Shown here: positions 11,485-25,143 of the stretch, piece after piece
Layout of the letters: each line of letters opens with the position of its first letter
Numbering within the stretch: position 1 is the stretch's first letter
Source: a virus
Virus genome (UHGV): UHGV-0221239
Reading direction: 5' to 3' (one strand)
Length of the DNA stretch: 32,462 bases
Notes under the pieces: model-generated
Told to the model about the DNA's origin: nothing
The model's database searches: none
Seen by the model: the letters and a program-made list of their open reading frames with translations, nothing else
Program-made: the position numbers and the translations under genes

Positions 11485-12059
11485 CGCTTTATTACCATCC
11501 TCAGTTGATGCTGCAGCGCATAGCCCAGCTCTTTCGGAAGACGCTCACGCCGTATCCGCTCAATATTCTGTTTAAACGCCGTGGTCAGCGGCACCGCCAT
11601 CGGGATTTTCACCACATCAATGGGGTAACGGTTTTTCCCGGCCACACGCTGCATGACATGCCAGCGGCCATTTTTCAGTTGCTGAATAAACGCGCCGGGA
11701 ATACGACGGTTTCCCACCACAAGCACGCTGCCGCCACCTTTCAGGGCTGAACGCTGCCCCTTTTTACGACGCCTGCGTCGGGACAGGACAATCCGCGCGT
11801 TACCCAGCTTTATTACGGGCAAATCCCCCCGGTTAACCTTGATTCTGGCCTGCGGATTTTTGACCGTGGCCCTTTTCAGCCTGGCCCTTTCCTTTACCAG
11901 TTTCCGGCGTACCTTTGTCTCACGGGCAACCTGTGACGCCGACTGCGATATCGCGGATGAAGCAACGCGGTTAATAGCCATTGCGGCGGCACCGGGCACC
12001 GCCGCTCTGCTGATACGACTGAGGTTTTCAACGGCCTGCTCAAGACCTTTTATGGCCAT
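11481..12059 (-). CDS. Z: Tail completion protein Z, 192 aa
   Basis: ORF MAIKGLEQAVENLSRISRAAVPGAAAMAINRVASSAISQSASQVARETKV...; overlaps the U start. Confidence 0.9.
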   Translation of the reverse strand: MAIKGLEQAVENLSRISRAAVPGAAAMAINRVASSAISQSASQVARETKVRRKLVKERARLKRATVKNPQARIKVNRGDLPVIKLGNARIVLSRRRRRKKGQRSALKGGGSVLVVGNRRIPGAFIQQLKNGRWHVMQRVAGKNRYPIDVVKIPMAVPLTTAFKQNIERIRRERLPKELGYALQHQLRMVIKR

Positions 12060-12070
12060 ACATCCCCCTT

Positions 12071-12424
12071 TCAGCGGCGACGGTTAACGGCAGGCGGTAC
12101 GCCCCGCCCAAGCCAGAGATGACAGCTTCCGCCATCATCCGGCGAAATCCGGTCTATCCAGAAGTTTTCCTCACCGATGGTCAGCGTGTCGCCGCGCCGC
12201 AGCTGCCGCACATCATCAGTCCGGACAAACAGGGACGGGCTGGAGCCTTCAACGCGCACGCCCTGTCCGGCATAGCTGATATTTTCAGGGTCATCAAAAA
12301 CACCACGTATCACAGCACCGGACTGCTCACCGGATGTCATGGTGGCTGACGTTCCCATGTACCCGCGTATCGTTTCATCGGCGCGGGCAATGGCAGCATC
12401 GAACAGGTTATCGAAATCAGCCAC
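12071..12424 (-). CDS. FII: Head-tail joining protein FII, 117 aa
   Basis: ORF MADFDNLFDAAIARADETIRGYMGTSA...; the track start is a GTG codon. Confidence 0.85.
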   Translation of the reverse strand: MADFDNLFDAAIARADETIRGYMGTSATMTSGEQSGAVIRGVFDDPENISYAGQGVRVEGSSPSLFVRTDDVRQLRRGDTLTIGEENFWIDRISPDDGGSCHLWLGRGVPPAVNRRR

Positions 12425-12435
12425 AGCGCCTCCCG

Positions 12436-12831
12436 TTATTGCATTCTGGCCAGGCCGCGCTCTGTCATTTCAGCTGACACACCGGCAGAGACACGGAACG
12501 CCGTTCCCGGCAGCACAAATGCCACAGCCTCATCCCGCGTGGCGTGAAGTGCATCAGTATGCAGCGTCACCAGTGCCACAACCGTGACCAGATCAGCCGT
12601 ATCAGTCACGGTATCCGGCTGCGCTGATACAACCTCATTTTCATGTCCGGTCAGCGCATTTTCCGGGCTGACAGATGTGTCCTGACCGGCAGCGTCATCC
12701 GTGTCATCAAGCTCCTCTTCCAGCTCTGCCACACGGAGCACCAGTTCTTCTTTCGTCCCCGTCAGGCTGACATCACGGTTCAGTTGCTCACCCAGCACCT
12801 GAAGACGGGCAATCAGTTCATCTTTCGTCAT
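12436..12831 (-). CDS. FI: DNA packaging protein FI, 132 aa
   Basis: Start refined to the in-frame ATG giving MTKDELIARLQVLGEQLNRDVSLTGTKEEL..., preceded by GAGGAG; the track ORF begins 13 codons upstream. Confidence 0.85.
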   Translation of the reverse strand: MTKDELIARLQVLGEQLNRDVSLTGTKEELVLRVAELEEELDDTDDAAGQDTSVSPENALTGHENEVVSAQPDTVTDTADLVTVVALVTLHTDALHATRDEAVAFVLPGTAFRVSAGVSAEMTERGLARMQ

Positions 12832-12872
12832 AGACTCCTCCACAGAGAGAAAATGGCCCCGAAGGGCCATGA

Positions 12873-13898
12873 TTACGCCAGTTGTACGGACACGAACGCA
12901 TCAGGGTCAGCCAGCAGCATCAGCGGTGCTGACTGAATCATGGTGAACTCACGCGCCGGATCGCCGGTGGTCACCCAGTTTTTCGGGTAGCGGGCAGAGG
13001 CGTTAATACCTTCGCGCTGTGCGTCCGCATCCTGAATGCAGCCATAGGTGCGCAGACCGCGTGCCTGAGTGTTCCCCAGCACCATCGAGTTGTCCGGAAG
13101 GAAGTTCTTTTTGACGTCGTTTTCCACGTACTGTCCGGAATACACGACGATCGCCGTATCGCCATACATCCCCTTATAGGACACCGCTTCGCCCAGGTCT
13201 TTTACCGCTGTCTCCAGCTCGGAATTAGAGCCGCGACGGGTATCCAGCTTCTCCTTGACGGCTTTGAAGGAACGGAACAGCGCCCAGCCTTTCGGATCAA
13301 ACACGATGATATTCACCACTCCGCTGGCGTTCAGCGCATAGGCTTCGATATCGTCGGTCGGGTCATACGTGGACTTGTCACGCTTGCTCCACTCCGTACC
13401 ACCGGACTGTGTGATGTTGTTCGCCGCACTGCGGCCCATATCCACCTCAACCGGATCGAAGGCTTCACCGGTCATGGTGTATTTGCCCTTAAGCACAGCA
13501 GAAACTGCCTGCATCTCTTCGACCTGAGCAATGGCCAGCTCTTCGTCTCGCATGTTCTGCATGATGATGCGACGGCGGCGGTAAGCCGGGTCCGCCAGAT
13601 TCTGCGGATCTTCATCCGGCAGGCGACGCAGGGTCATCTGCGGATTCACCTCATGCTTCGGCTTGACATATCCCGGTGTAAATTCAGAGGTGGAGCCGCC
13701 ACGGGAGCGGATAACCTCACCGGAAACAATCGGCGAAACGTACAGCGCCATGTTTACCAGTCCCGGAATTTGTGAGAGATAGACTTTCTCCGTGATGAAG
13801 GGATAGCTCTCACGGAAAAAGAGACGCAGAAACAGCGGATCAAACTTAAATTTCTTCTCATTTGCCGCCAGCAGCTGGGCGGTTGTGTACATCGACAT
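12873..13898 (-). CDS. E: Major capsid protein E, 341 aa
   Basis: Start refined to MSMYTTAQLLAANEKKFKFDPLFLRLFFRESYPF...; characteristic lambda gpE sequence. Confidence 0.95.
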   Translation of the reverse strand: MSMYTTAQLLAANEKKFKFDPLFLRLFFRESYPFITEKVYLSQIPGLVNMALYVSPIVSGEVIRSRGGSTSEFTPGYVKPKHEVNPQMTLRRLPDEDPQNLADPAYRRRRIIMQNMRDEELAIAQVEEMQAVSAVLKGKYTMTGEAFDPVEVDMGRSAANNITQSGGTEWSKRDKSTYDPTDDIEAYALNASGVVNIIVFDPKGWALFRSFKAVKEKLDTRRGSNSELETAVKDLGEAVSYKGMYGDTAIVVYSGQYVENDVKKNFLPDNSMVLGNTQARGLRTYGCIQDADAQREGINASARYPKNWVTTGDPAREFTMIQSAPLMLLADPDAFVSVQLA

Positions 13899-13953
13899 AA
13901 AAAAATCCCGTAAAAAAAGCCGCACAGGCGGCCTTTAGTGATGAAGGGTAAGG

Positions 13954-14286
13954 TTAAACGATGCTGATTGCCGTTCCGGCAAACGCGGTCCGTTTTTTCG
14001 TCTCGTCGCTGGCAGCCTCCGGCCAGAGCACATCCTCATAACGGAACGTGCCGGACTTGTAGAACGTCAGCGTGGTGCTGGTCTGGTCAGCATCAACCGC
14101 CAGAATGCCAACGGCAGTACCGTCGGTGGTGCCATCCCACGCAACCAGCTTACGGGTGGAGGTGTCCAGCATCAGCGGGGTCATTGCAGGCGCTTTCGCA
14201 CTCAATCCGCCGGGCGCGGTTGCCGTATGTGCCGGGTCACTGTTGCCCAGCGGCTGGTAATGGGTAAAGGTTTCTTTGCTCGTCAT
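13954..14286 (-). CDS. D: Head decoration protein D, 110 aa
   Basis: Start refined to [43 protein letters not shown]... Confidence 0.9.
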   Translation of the reverse strand: MTSKETFTHYQPLGNSDPAHTATAPGGLSAKAPAMTPLMLDTSTRKLVAWDGTTDGTAVGILAVDADQTSTTLTFYKSGTFRYEDVLWPEAASDETKKRTAFAGTAISIV

Positions 14287-14295
14287 AAACATCCC

Positions 14296-15595
14296 TTACA
14301 CTGGTGTGTTCAGCAAATCGTTAACGGCATCAGATGCCGGGTTACCTGCAGCCAGCGGTGCCGGTGCCCCCTGCATCAGACGATCCAGCGCAGTGTCACT
14401 GCGCGCCTGTGCACTCTGTGGTGCAGCTGCCAGAATGCGGCGGGCCGTTTCCACGGTCATACCGGGGGTTTCTGCCAGCACGCGGGCCTGTACTTCGCGT
14501 CCGTGAGCCTCCTCACAGTTGAGGATCCCCATAATGCGGCTGTTTTCTGCCGCAACCGCAGCGGTGATCTGCGCGTTCACGTCCGGCTGCGCCGCGCTGG
14601 CGTTTTCGCCCTCCGTCGCTGGCACCACGTCAGTAACGTCAGTCTGCGAAGCAGTGGCTGAAACAGTTGTTGATTGAGTCTCTTTGGTCATTCGCCCTCC
14701 TGAGAGACGGGATTTACGCGCATCCAGTGCATCACGCATGACGGTGATCGCATCGGTGCTGTTAACAAGTTCATCAGCCAGTCCGGCATCAATGGCCTCC
14801 TGACCGCTGTACACTGCAGCCTCGGTATCCAGCACAGCCTGCACAGACAGGCCGGTATATGCCGACACCTTCTGCGCAAACATCTGGCGGGTTGCGTCCA
14901 TCCGGGACTGCAGTGTCTCCCGGACGTCATCCGGAAGATGGCTGTAGGGATTGCCATCCACCTTATGGCTGCCGCTGTAAATCAGCGTGATTTCCACACC
15001 CTGTTTCTCCAGGGCAGCACCGTAATTACTGTGAGCCATCATGACGCCGATGGAGCCTGTCCGGGCGGTCTGCGTGACCAGACGCCGGGAGGCGGCACTG
15101 GCAAGCAGCTGACCTGCACTGCAGTTCATGTCGTTGGCCAGCGCCCATACCGGTTTTATGTCTCGCACACGGGCGATGATGTCAGCGCAGTCAAATGCCC
15201 CCGCCACCATTCCGCCTGGCGTGTCCATATCGAGCAGAATGCCGTCCACCATCGGGTCGCTGGCAGCCTGTTGCAGACGGGCGATAATGCCGTTGTAACC
15301 GGTCATCCCCGAGTACGGCTGCAGCGCCCGCGTCCGGCTGACCAGCGTGCCGGACACCGGCAGCACGGCGATGCCGTTCATGACCTGATAACTGCGGGCC
15401 TGTCGTGGTCCGTCATCATCACCGGATAATGCCAGCGTCGCGAGTGCCTCCTGGGCAGTCAGGCTGTCGCCGGACACCGCATCCGTCAGGCGGCTGATCC
15501 CAAGCTGGCCTGCAAGCGCACAAAAGAAAACCCGCGCATAGGCGGGTTCAAGCATCAGCGGCTCATTAAAGGCCATGCTGGCAATATGCGGGAGA

Positions 15596-15615
<20 letters not shown>
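14296..15615 (-). CDS. C: Head maturation protease / scaffold C, 439 aa, GTG start; the Nu3 scaffold is expected in-frame within its 3' part
   Basis: ORF region reading (V)TAELRNLPHIASMAFNEPLMLEPAYARVFF...; GTG start preceded by a GGAGGAG Shine-Dalgarno; S49-type protease motifs. The track ORF extends 49 codons further upstream into B. Confidence 0.85.
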
Positions 15616-19296
<3,681 letters not shown>

Positions 19297-19322
<26 letters not shown>

Positions 19323-19842
19323 TCAGCAACCCCGGTATCAGTTCATCCAGCGCGGCTGCTTTGTTCATGGCTTTGATGATATCCCGTTTCAGGAAATCAA
19401 CATGTCGGTTTTCCAGTTCCGGAAAACGCCGCTGCACCGACAGGGGGATCCCGTCGAGAATACTGGCAATTTCACCTGCGATCCGCGACAACACGAAAGT
19501 ACAGAATGCGGTTTCCACCACTTCAGCGGAGTCTCTGGCATTCTTCAGTTCCTGTGCGTCGGCCTGCGCACGCGTAAGTCGATGGCGTTCGTACTCAATA
19601 GTCCCTGGCTGGAGATCTGCCTCGCTGGCCTGCCGCAGTTCTTCAACCTCCCGGCGCAGCTTTTCGTTCTCAATTTCAGCATCCCTTTCGGCATACCATT
19701 TTATGACGGCGGCAGAGTCATAAAGCACCTCATTACCCTTGCCACCGCCTCGCAGAACGGGCATTCCCTGTTCCTGCCAGTTCTGAATGGTACGGATACT
19801 CGCACCGAAAATGTCAGCCAGCTGCTTTTTGTTGACTTCCAT
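19297..19842 (-). CDS. nu1: Terminase small subunit Nu1, 181 aa
   Basis: ORF MEVNKKQLADIFGASIRTIQNWQEQGMPVLRGGGKGNEVLYDSAAVIKWY... with an N-terminal helix-turn-helix; immediately downstream of cos. Confidence 0.95.
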
Positions 19843-20019
19843 TGTTCATTCCACGGACAAAAACAGAGAAAGGAAACGACAGAGGCCAAAAAGCTCGCTT
19901 TCAGCACCTGTCGTTTCCTTTCTTTTCAGAGGGTATTTTAAATAAAAACATTAAGTTACGACGAAGAAGAACGGAAATGCCTTAAACCGGAAAATTTTCA
20001 TAAATAGCGAAAACCCGCG

Positions 20020-20031
20020 AGGTCGCCGCCC
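20020..20031 (-). other. cos: cosN, the 12-nt cohesive-end site; the cosB region lies at 19843-20019 and cosQ side at 20032-20060
   Basis: Plus-strand aggtcgccgccc is the reverse complement of the lambda cohesive end GGGCGGCGACCT; the flanking sequence (cgcgggttttcgctatttatgaaaattttccggtttaagg... on the minus strand) matches the lambda left end as I recall it. Confidence 0.85.
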
Positions 20032-20230
20032 CGTAACCTGTCGGATCGCCGGAAAGGACCCGAAAAATGATAATAATTATCATCTGCATGTCACAACGTG
20101 CATCTACGCCATCAAACCACGTCAAATAATCAATTATGACGCAGGTATCATATTAATTGATCTGCATCAACTTAACGTAAAAACAACTTCAGACAATACA
20201 AATCAGCGACACTGAATACGGGACAACCTC

Positions 20231-20464
20231 ATGTCAACGAAGAACAGAACCCGCAGAACAACAACCCGCAACATCCGCTTTCCTAACCAAATGATTGAAC
20301 AAATTAACATCGCTCTTGATCAAAAAGGGTCCGGGAATTTCTCAGCCTGGGTCATTGAAGCCTGCCGCCGAAGACTGTGCTCAGAAAAAAGAGTTTCGCC
20401 TGAAGCAAACAAAGAAAAGAGTGACATTACTGAATTGCTCAGAAAGCAGGTCAGACCAGATTGA
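20231..20464 (+). CDS. Small ribbon-helix-helix (Arc/CopG-like) DNA-binding protein, 77 aa; possibly YlcI/DUF3950-like
   Basis: ORF MSTKNRTRRTTTRNIRFPNQMIEQINIALDQKGSGNFSAWVIEACRRRL...: basic N-terminus, a beta strand then two helices with a G-rich turn, the RHH pattern. Family name from memory only. Confidence 0.55.
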   Translation: MSTKNRTRRTTTRNIRFPNQMIEQINIALDQKGSGNFSAWVIEACRRRLCSEKRVSPEANKEKSDITELLRKQVRPD

Positions 20465-20521
20465 AGCAATTTAGATAATCGTGCAGACTAGGTACCTTCA
20501 TATCACATGGAAGGTACTACA

Positions 20522-20932
20522 ATGGCTCAGGTTGCCATTTTTAAACAAATATTCGATAAAGTGCGAAATAATTTAAACTATCACTGGTTTTATTCTGAAC
20601 TAAAACGTCACAATGTCTCACATTACATTTACTATTTAGCCACAGAGAATATTCATCTTGTTCTTGAAAACGATAATACGGTTTTAATAAAAGGACAGGG
20701 TAAGGTTGTAAATGTAAGATTTTCAAAAAATAAATGCCTTATAGAAGCCACATTAAAAGGATTCAAATCAGGAGAGTTATCATTTTACGAATACAGGAAA
20801 AATCTTGCTACAGCAGGGGTTTTCAGATGGATTACAAATATCCACGAAAACAAAAGGTATTACTATACCTTTGATAATTCATTACTCTTTACTGAGAACA
20901 TTCAGAACACTACACAAATATTTCCGCACTAA
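20522..20932 (+). CDS. Hypothetical phage protein, 136 aa; possibly YbcV/DUF1398-like
   Basis: ORF refined to start at [30 protein letters not shown]... with GGAAGG upstream; AT-rich codon usage unlike the neighbouring structural genes. Family assignment is tentative. Confidence 0.55.
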   Translation: MAQVAIFKQIFDKVRNNLNYHWFYSELKRHNVSHYIYYLATENIHLVLENDNTVLIKGQGKVVNVRFSKNKCLIEATLKGFKSGELSFYEYRKNLATAGVFRWITNIHENKRYYYTFDNSLLFTENIQNTTQIFPH

Positions 20933-21610
20933 ATCATAACGTCCGGTTTCTTCCGTGCCAGAACCGGACTCGCTGGCATGATGAAATATGTGTACCCGGT
21001 AACCCCGGTGTGCATCGTTTTTGATTATTCCCGCACACTCGCGCAGAAGGAGTTCCCCGTCGGGCTACGGTCTCTGTTAATACGGGAATACGGCGACGAT
21101 ACAGCGCATGATGTGTCAGGCTTGAATACCTTTATCCTTTAAAAGGGATATCAGTTAAGTTATCCCGTGTAGGGTATAAGCCATTATCAAAGCCACTCTG
21201 TAGGGAATGGCTTTTGTGATGGCATCACTTACTCTTTACGCTGCTATCCCACTCATCCCGGAATTTTGATGGGTTATTGAAACCTTCTGCTGACATAACA
21301 ACTCCTTCAATGTTTGGCTGAAATTAGGATGTCTTTCCATCAGTCCGCCACCACAAAGAATCTTTTTTGCCATAAGGCAGGAGGTTCATCTTTCAGTGGC
21401 TGCCGGTGTTATTTCCCCACTTACTGGCTTGGGTTGTTTCGTGGTACTGCCGTTAACTGGTGGCGCACAGATTTAGTTAAATCCGTTCTCGCCTGAACTA
21501 TCTTTTACATACCCGGATTGTGGGGATGTAAATCACGGTTTCATTATCAAGCCCACCAGTAGATGGGCTTTGTAATGAAGAGTTGTTATGAAAATTGCTC
21601 TAAACAAGCA

Positions 21611-22099
21611 TTAATAGCTATCAGAAGTAATCGCTACAGATTTCAATCCCTCAATGTCATCCTTGGACAGGGCGAACCATTCACCGTGCTTTCTCTTTGC
21701 GGCAAATTTGCGATGAAGCATGTTTTCAGTTTCTCTTCCACCAGGGATCAGGCACTCAAGCTTCAAGCAGTCTGGTCCAGAGTTGCCAAGCGATTTGATG
21801 CGTTGTGGAATGTTGGATGAATACCCAATTTTGGTTAGCCCAGTTTTCTTCGATGACAAAACGTATACCTGAGGAGGTTCTTTTCTCTGGTCTTCCATTA
21901 CACGTCTCATTGTTGCCATAAGTCCGCCGTGCATCAGCATTTCAACAAAGAACGCTGACCGAACACCTGACGACTTAAGCATGCCAGAAAATTCACTTGC
22001 CAATTCCATTAACTCTGCGATGTTTTCAGGAACTTTTTGGCAGTTATCTTCCTTGTATAAGGAAATCATTCTTTGAAGCTTTTCTTCTAATTGGTTCAT
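21611..22099 (-). CDS. T5orf172 / GIY-YIG-like domain protein, 162 aa from the ATG (174 aa from the upstream GTG in the track)
   Basis: C-terminal half PQVYVLSSKKTGLTKIGYSSNIPQRIKSLGNSGPD...ENMLHRKFAAKRKHGEWFALSKDDIEGL fits the T5orf172 (MUG113) motif pattern (YVL..., KIG-T, R, E..LH..F, GEWF); N-terminal roughly 85 aa are of unknown function. Confidence 0.7.
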   Translation of the reverse strand: MNQLEEKLQRMISLYKEDNCQKVPENIAELMELASEFSGMLKSSGVRSAFFVEMLMHGGLMATMRRVMEDQRKEPPQVYVLSSKKTGLTKIGYSSNIPQRIKSLGNSGPDCLKLECLIPGGRETENMLHRKFAAKRKHGEWFALSKDDIEGLKSVAITSDSY

Positions 22100-22248
22100 A
22101 GCGTCTTTACCTTTTAGAAAGTGAGCCTGTCTCACAGAAAAGCCGCCCCGAGATGGTCGCCACCATATACGGCAGTTCTCAGGCTCAACTTTCTGAAAGG
22201 CTCGGGTGATGCAATATGCGCGTGAGATGCGCTGTGAAATTCAGATGT

Positions 22249-22272
22249 AAAAAAAGCCCCGCATCGCGAGGC
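22249..22272 (-). terminator. Rho-independent terminator downstream of Rz
   Basis: Hairpin gcctcgc-gat-gcggggc (one G-U pair) followed by seven U on the minus strand; separates the lysis operon from the T5orf172 gene. Confidence 0.6.
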
Positions 22273-22304
22273 TCATTAAATGGACTTTGTGATTTGCAAA
22301 AAAA

Positions 22305-22763
22305 TTATTTCAGGCATTGCGTCCTGATGTATTCCTGCAGGTAGTTAACCTGCGCGGTTATCTTGTCGATTCCACTTCGGAGACGGTAATAATTGAGTTC
22401 AGCATCTGCTGTAAGTCCTGGGCTTTCTCCATCGCCCATGCCGCTGGTTCCGGTCGTTGACTTTGCACAGGTGGCGGCGACTTGCAGGCGCTTACGCCCA
22501 GCAGAAACATCAGCACGGAGACTTTCGATAGTCGCGTTAGCATCAGCAAGCTCCTTTGTGTATCTTGCGTCGAGTTCTGCTACATCACGTTGACGCTTCC
22601 GCATGTCAGCGATGGTGGCGTTCGCCTTCTCCAGTTCACTGGCCTTGTTATCGCGCTGCTCTTTGTAGGCGATTGCGTTATCACGGTAATGATTAACAGC
22701 CAATGACAGGCAGACGATGATGCAGATAACCAGAGCGGAGATAATCGCGGTTACTCTGCTCAT
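22305..22763 (-). CDS. Rz: Spanin inner-membrane subunit Rz (i-spanin), 153 aa
   Basis: Start refined to [39 protein letters not shown]...: N-terminal TM helix plus coiled-coil; contains the embedded Rz1 frame. Confidence 0.85.
   Translation of the reverse strand: MSRVTAIISALVICIIVCLSLAVNHYRDNAIAYKEQRDNKASELEKANATIADMRKRQRDVAELDARYTKELADANATIESLRADVSAGRKRLQVAATCAKSTTGTSGMGDGESPGLTADAELNYYRLRSGIDKITAQVNYLQEYIRTQCLK
22358..22543 (-). CDS. Rz1: Spanin outer-membrane lipoprotein Rz1 (o-spanin), embedded in the +1 frame of Rz
   Basis: [39 protein letters not shown]...: lipobox (VSAC) followed by a proline-rich segment, entirely inside Rz. Confidence 0.7.
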   Translation of the reverse strand: MLTRLSKVSVLMFLLGVSACKSPPPVQSQRPEPAAWAMEKAQDLQQMLNSIITVSEVESTR

Positions 22764-23257
22764 TGTTTCCCCCACAAACAGACTTCACGCTCAATCTCAC
22801 GGCGAGTCATCAGTCCTTTCCATTGATTACCGCCAGCGTATGTCCAGCGCCGTAGCTGATCACATGCGCCTTTAATATCACCCTGGTTTATTTTGCGAAG
22901 AAGCGTCGATGTTCTGAAATTGCCAGCACCCACGTTGTAGACGAACGAGTAAAGAGCGCCGCGCGTTGTTTCCGGTATATCGACTTTGATGTACCGGTTA
23001 ATTTGTCTGGCGACAGTGGCAAGGTCTTTATTCAGGAGGGCTTTGCACTCTGCTTCGGTATACGTTTTACCGGGAATGATGTCTTTTCCTGTATGCCCGT
23101 AACATACAGTCCATACACCAACTATGTCTTTGTAAGGATTATGTCTCACACCTTCCAGACCATCGTTACCACTTGGGCCAGTGATTAACACAGATGCTAT
23201 AGCAATAGCCCCGCCACCAATAGCAGCAGCAACAGCTTTTCGTAATGATGGAGGCAT
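22760..23257 (-). CDS. R: SAR endolysin (phage 21 R-type lysozyme, GH24), 165 aa
   Basis: [40 protein letters not shown]...: Gly/Ala-rich signal-anchor-release domain followed by a T4-lysozyme-like domain. Confidence 0.9.
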   Translation of the reverse strand: MPPSLRKAVAAAIGGGAIAIASVLITGPSGNDGLEGVRHNPYKDIVGVWTVCYGHTGKDIIPGKTYTEAECKALLNKDLATVARQINRYIKVDIPETTRGALYSFVYNVGAGNFRTSTLLRKINQGDIKGACDQLRRWTYAGGNQWKGLMTRREIEREVCLWGKQ

Positions 23258-23472
23258 TATTCACCTCTCGCAGCCTTGCGCTTATCTTCTTTAATCTTGA
23301 AATAAAGGTTTGTCAGGTACGTCAGCAGGCCAAATACCAGGCTACCCAGCACACCTATTGCTGCCCACTGTGAGGGCGTGACTTTATCGAGCAGCTGTAA
23401 AAACCAGTACCCGGCACTACCTGCTGAGGTGCCATAGGCGACACCCGTTGTTAACTTATCCATGGATTTCAT
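23257..23472 (-). CDS. S: Pinholin (phage 21 S-type holin), 71 aa, dual-start motif MKSMDK
   Basis: [74 protein letters not shown]: two TM segments, charged C-terminus, Met1 and Met4 starts. Confidence 0.9.
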
Positions 23473-23583
23473 AACCCCACCTCGCAGACAAAGCGGGTGT
23501 AAATTGAGGGAATACTACGAAACGTAACAGACTCGGAGTCAGTGAATAACTCAGGTATTGGGTTATCAGCTAATATCGAGACT

Positions 23584-23617
23584 CAAAAAATGGAAAAACC
23601 CGCTCGACGGCGGGTTT
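23584..23617 (-). terminator. Candidate tR'-like terminator upstream of the lysis genes; the late promoter is expected just upstream on the minus strand
   Basis: Hairpin aaacccgc-cgtcga-gcgggttt followed on the minus strand by UUCCAUUUUUUGAG, about 110-145 nt upstream of the S start, inside the AT-rich 23473-24045 region. Confidence 0.45.
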
Positions 23618-24045
23618 AAGCTGTGTGACGAAGTAACCACTCTTAACAGCATAACCAATTTTTTACGTACGTAAACCACTAAATGATATTTGCGAGAATG
23701 CTACCGAGTATTGAAAACACCACTACAAATACATAAGCAAATCTCAACAAATAACCAACAAATAATTTCCAGCGTTATTTTTAGCCAATTTAAATTGAAC
23801 CTTCAAATTATAGAGCACTTATAAATAACAGCCGTTAATATAAATTGGCTAATAGATTTATTTTTATTCAGCCAAGAGCTATGAATAGGATTCGATAGAA
23901 AAAAGTTCAGATAAAAATAGAGATCTACTTCACAAATCAAACGAGAAACCAAAACTTACATCTTGAAATAATCACATTGATTAGATGAATATTTATCGCG
24001 CAGTGACATCATTTTTTAATAATAGTTCAAAAAAAAGGGCTCACG

Positions 24046-25143
24046 ATGAAAAAATTAACAGTGGCAATTTCTGCTGTAGCTGCATCAGTACTGATGGCGA
24101 TGTCTGCTCAGGCAGCTGAAATTTATAATAAAGACAGTAACAAGCTGGATCTGTACGGGAAAGTTAATGCTAAGCACTACTTCTCCTCTAATGATGCAGA
24201 TGATGGTGATACTACTTATGCCCGTCTTGGCTTCAAAGGTGAAACCCAAATCAACGATCAACTGACTGGTTTCGGTCAGTGGGAATATGAATTCAAAGGC
24301 AACCGCGCTGAATCTCAAGGTTCCTCCAAAGACAAAACCCGTCTTGCATTTGCAGGCCTGAAATTCGGTGACTACGGCTCAATCGATTACGGCCGTAACT
24401 ACGGTGTAGCATACGACATCGGTGCGTGGACTGACGTTCTGCCAGAATTCGGTGGCGATACCTGGACCCAAACAGATGTGTTCATGACTGGTCGCACCAC
24501 TGGTGTTGCAACCTATCGTAACAACGACTTCTTTGGTCTGGTTGATGGTCTGAACTTTGCTGCTCAGTACCAAGGCAAAAACGATCGTAGCGATTTCGAT
24601 AACTACACTGAAGGTAACGGTGATGGCTTCGGTTTCTCTGCTACCTATGAATACGAAGGATTCGGTATCGGTGCAACTTATGCGAAATCTGATCGTACCG
24701 ACACTCAAGTTAATGCAGGGAAAGTTCTTCCTGAAGTATTTGCTTCCGGTAAAAATGCAGAAGTTTGGGCCGCAGGTCTGAAATATGACGCTAACAACAT
24801 TTACCTGGCCACTACCTATTCTGAAACCCAGAATATGACTGTATTTGCTGATCACTTCGTTGCTAATAAAGCCCAAAACTTCGAAGCTGTTGCACAATAT
24901 CAGTTCGATTTCGGTCTGCGTCCGTCCGTTGCTTACCTGCAATCTAAAGGTAAGGATCTTGGAGTATGGGGCGATCAGGACTTAGTCAAATATGTTGATG
25001 TAGGTGCAACCTATTACTTCAACAAAAATATGTCTACTTTCGTTGATTACAAAATCAACCTGCTTGACAAAAATGACTTCACTAAAGCACTCGGTGTAAG
25101 CACTGATGACATCGTTGCTGTAGGTCTGGTTTACCAGTTCTAA
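24046..25143 (+). CDS. nmpC: Outer-membrane general porin of the OmpC/OmpF/NmpC/Lc family, 365 aa, intact
   Basis: [49 protein letters not shown]...GLVYQF with signal peptide and C-terminal beta-barrel signature ending in F; opposite strand to the flanking Q and lysis genes, as for nmpC in DLP12 and Lc in phage PA-2. Confidence 0.9.
   Translation: MKKLTVAISAVAASVLMAMSAQAAEIYNKDSNKLDLYGKVNAKHYFSSNDADDGDTTYARLGFKGETQINDQLTGFGQWEYEFKGNRAESQGSSKDKTRLAFAGLKFGDYGSIDYGRNYGVAYDIGAWTDVLPEFGGDTWTQTDVFMTGRTTGVATYRNNDFFGLVDGLNFAAQYQGKNDRSDFDNYTEGNGDGFGFSATYEYEGFGIGATYAKSDRTDTQVNAGKVLPEVFASGKNAEVWAAGLKYDANNIYLATTYSETQNMTVFADHFVANKAQNFEAVAQYQFDFGLRPSVAYLQSKGKDLGVWGDQDLVKYVDVGATYYFNKNMSTFVDYKINLLDKNDFTKALGVSTDDIVAVGLVYQF

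Noticed and set aside
21314-21496. 60-aa plus-strand ORF in the 680-bp spacer
   Set aside because: Cys/Trp-rich, no ribosome-binding site, overlaps hairpin motifs; judged spurious.
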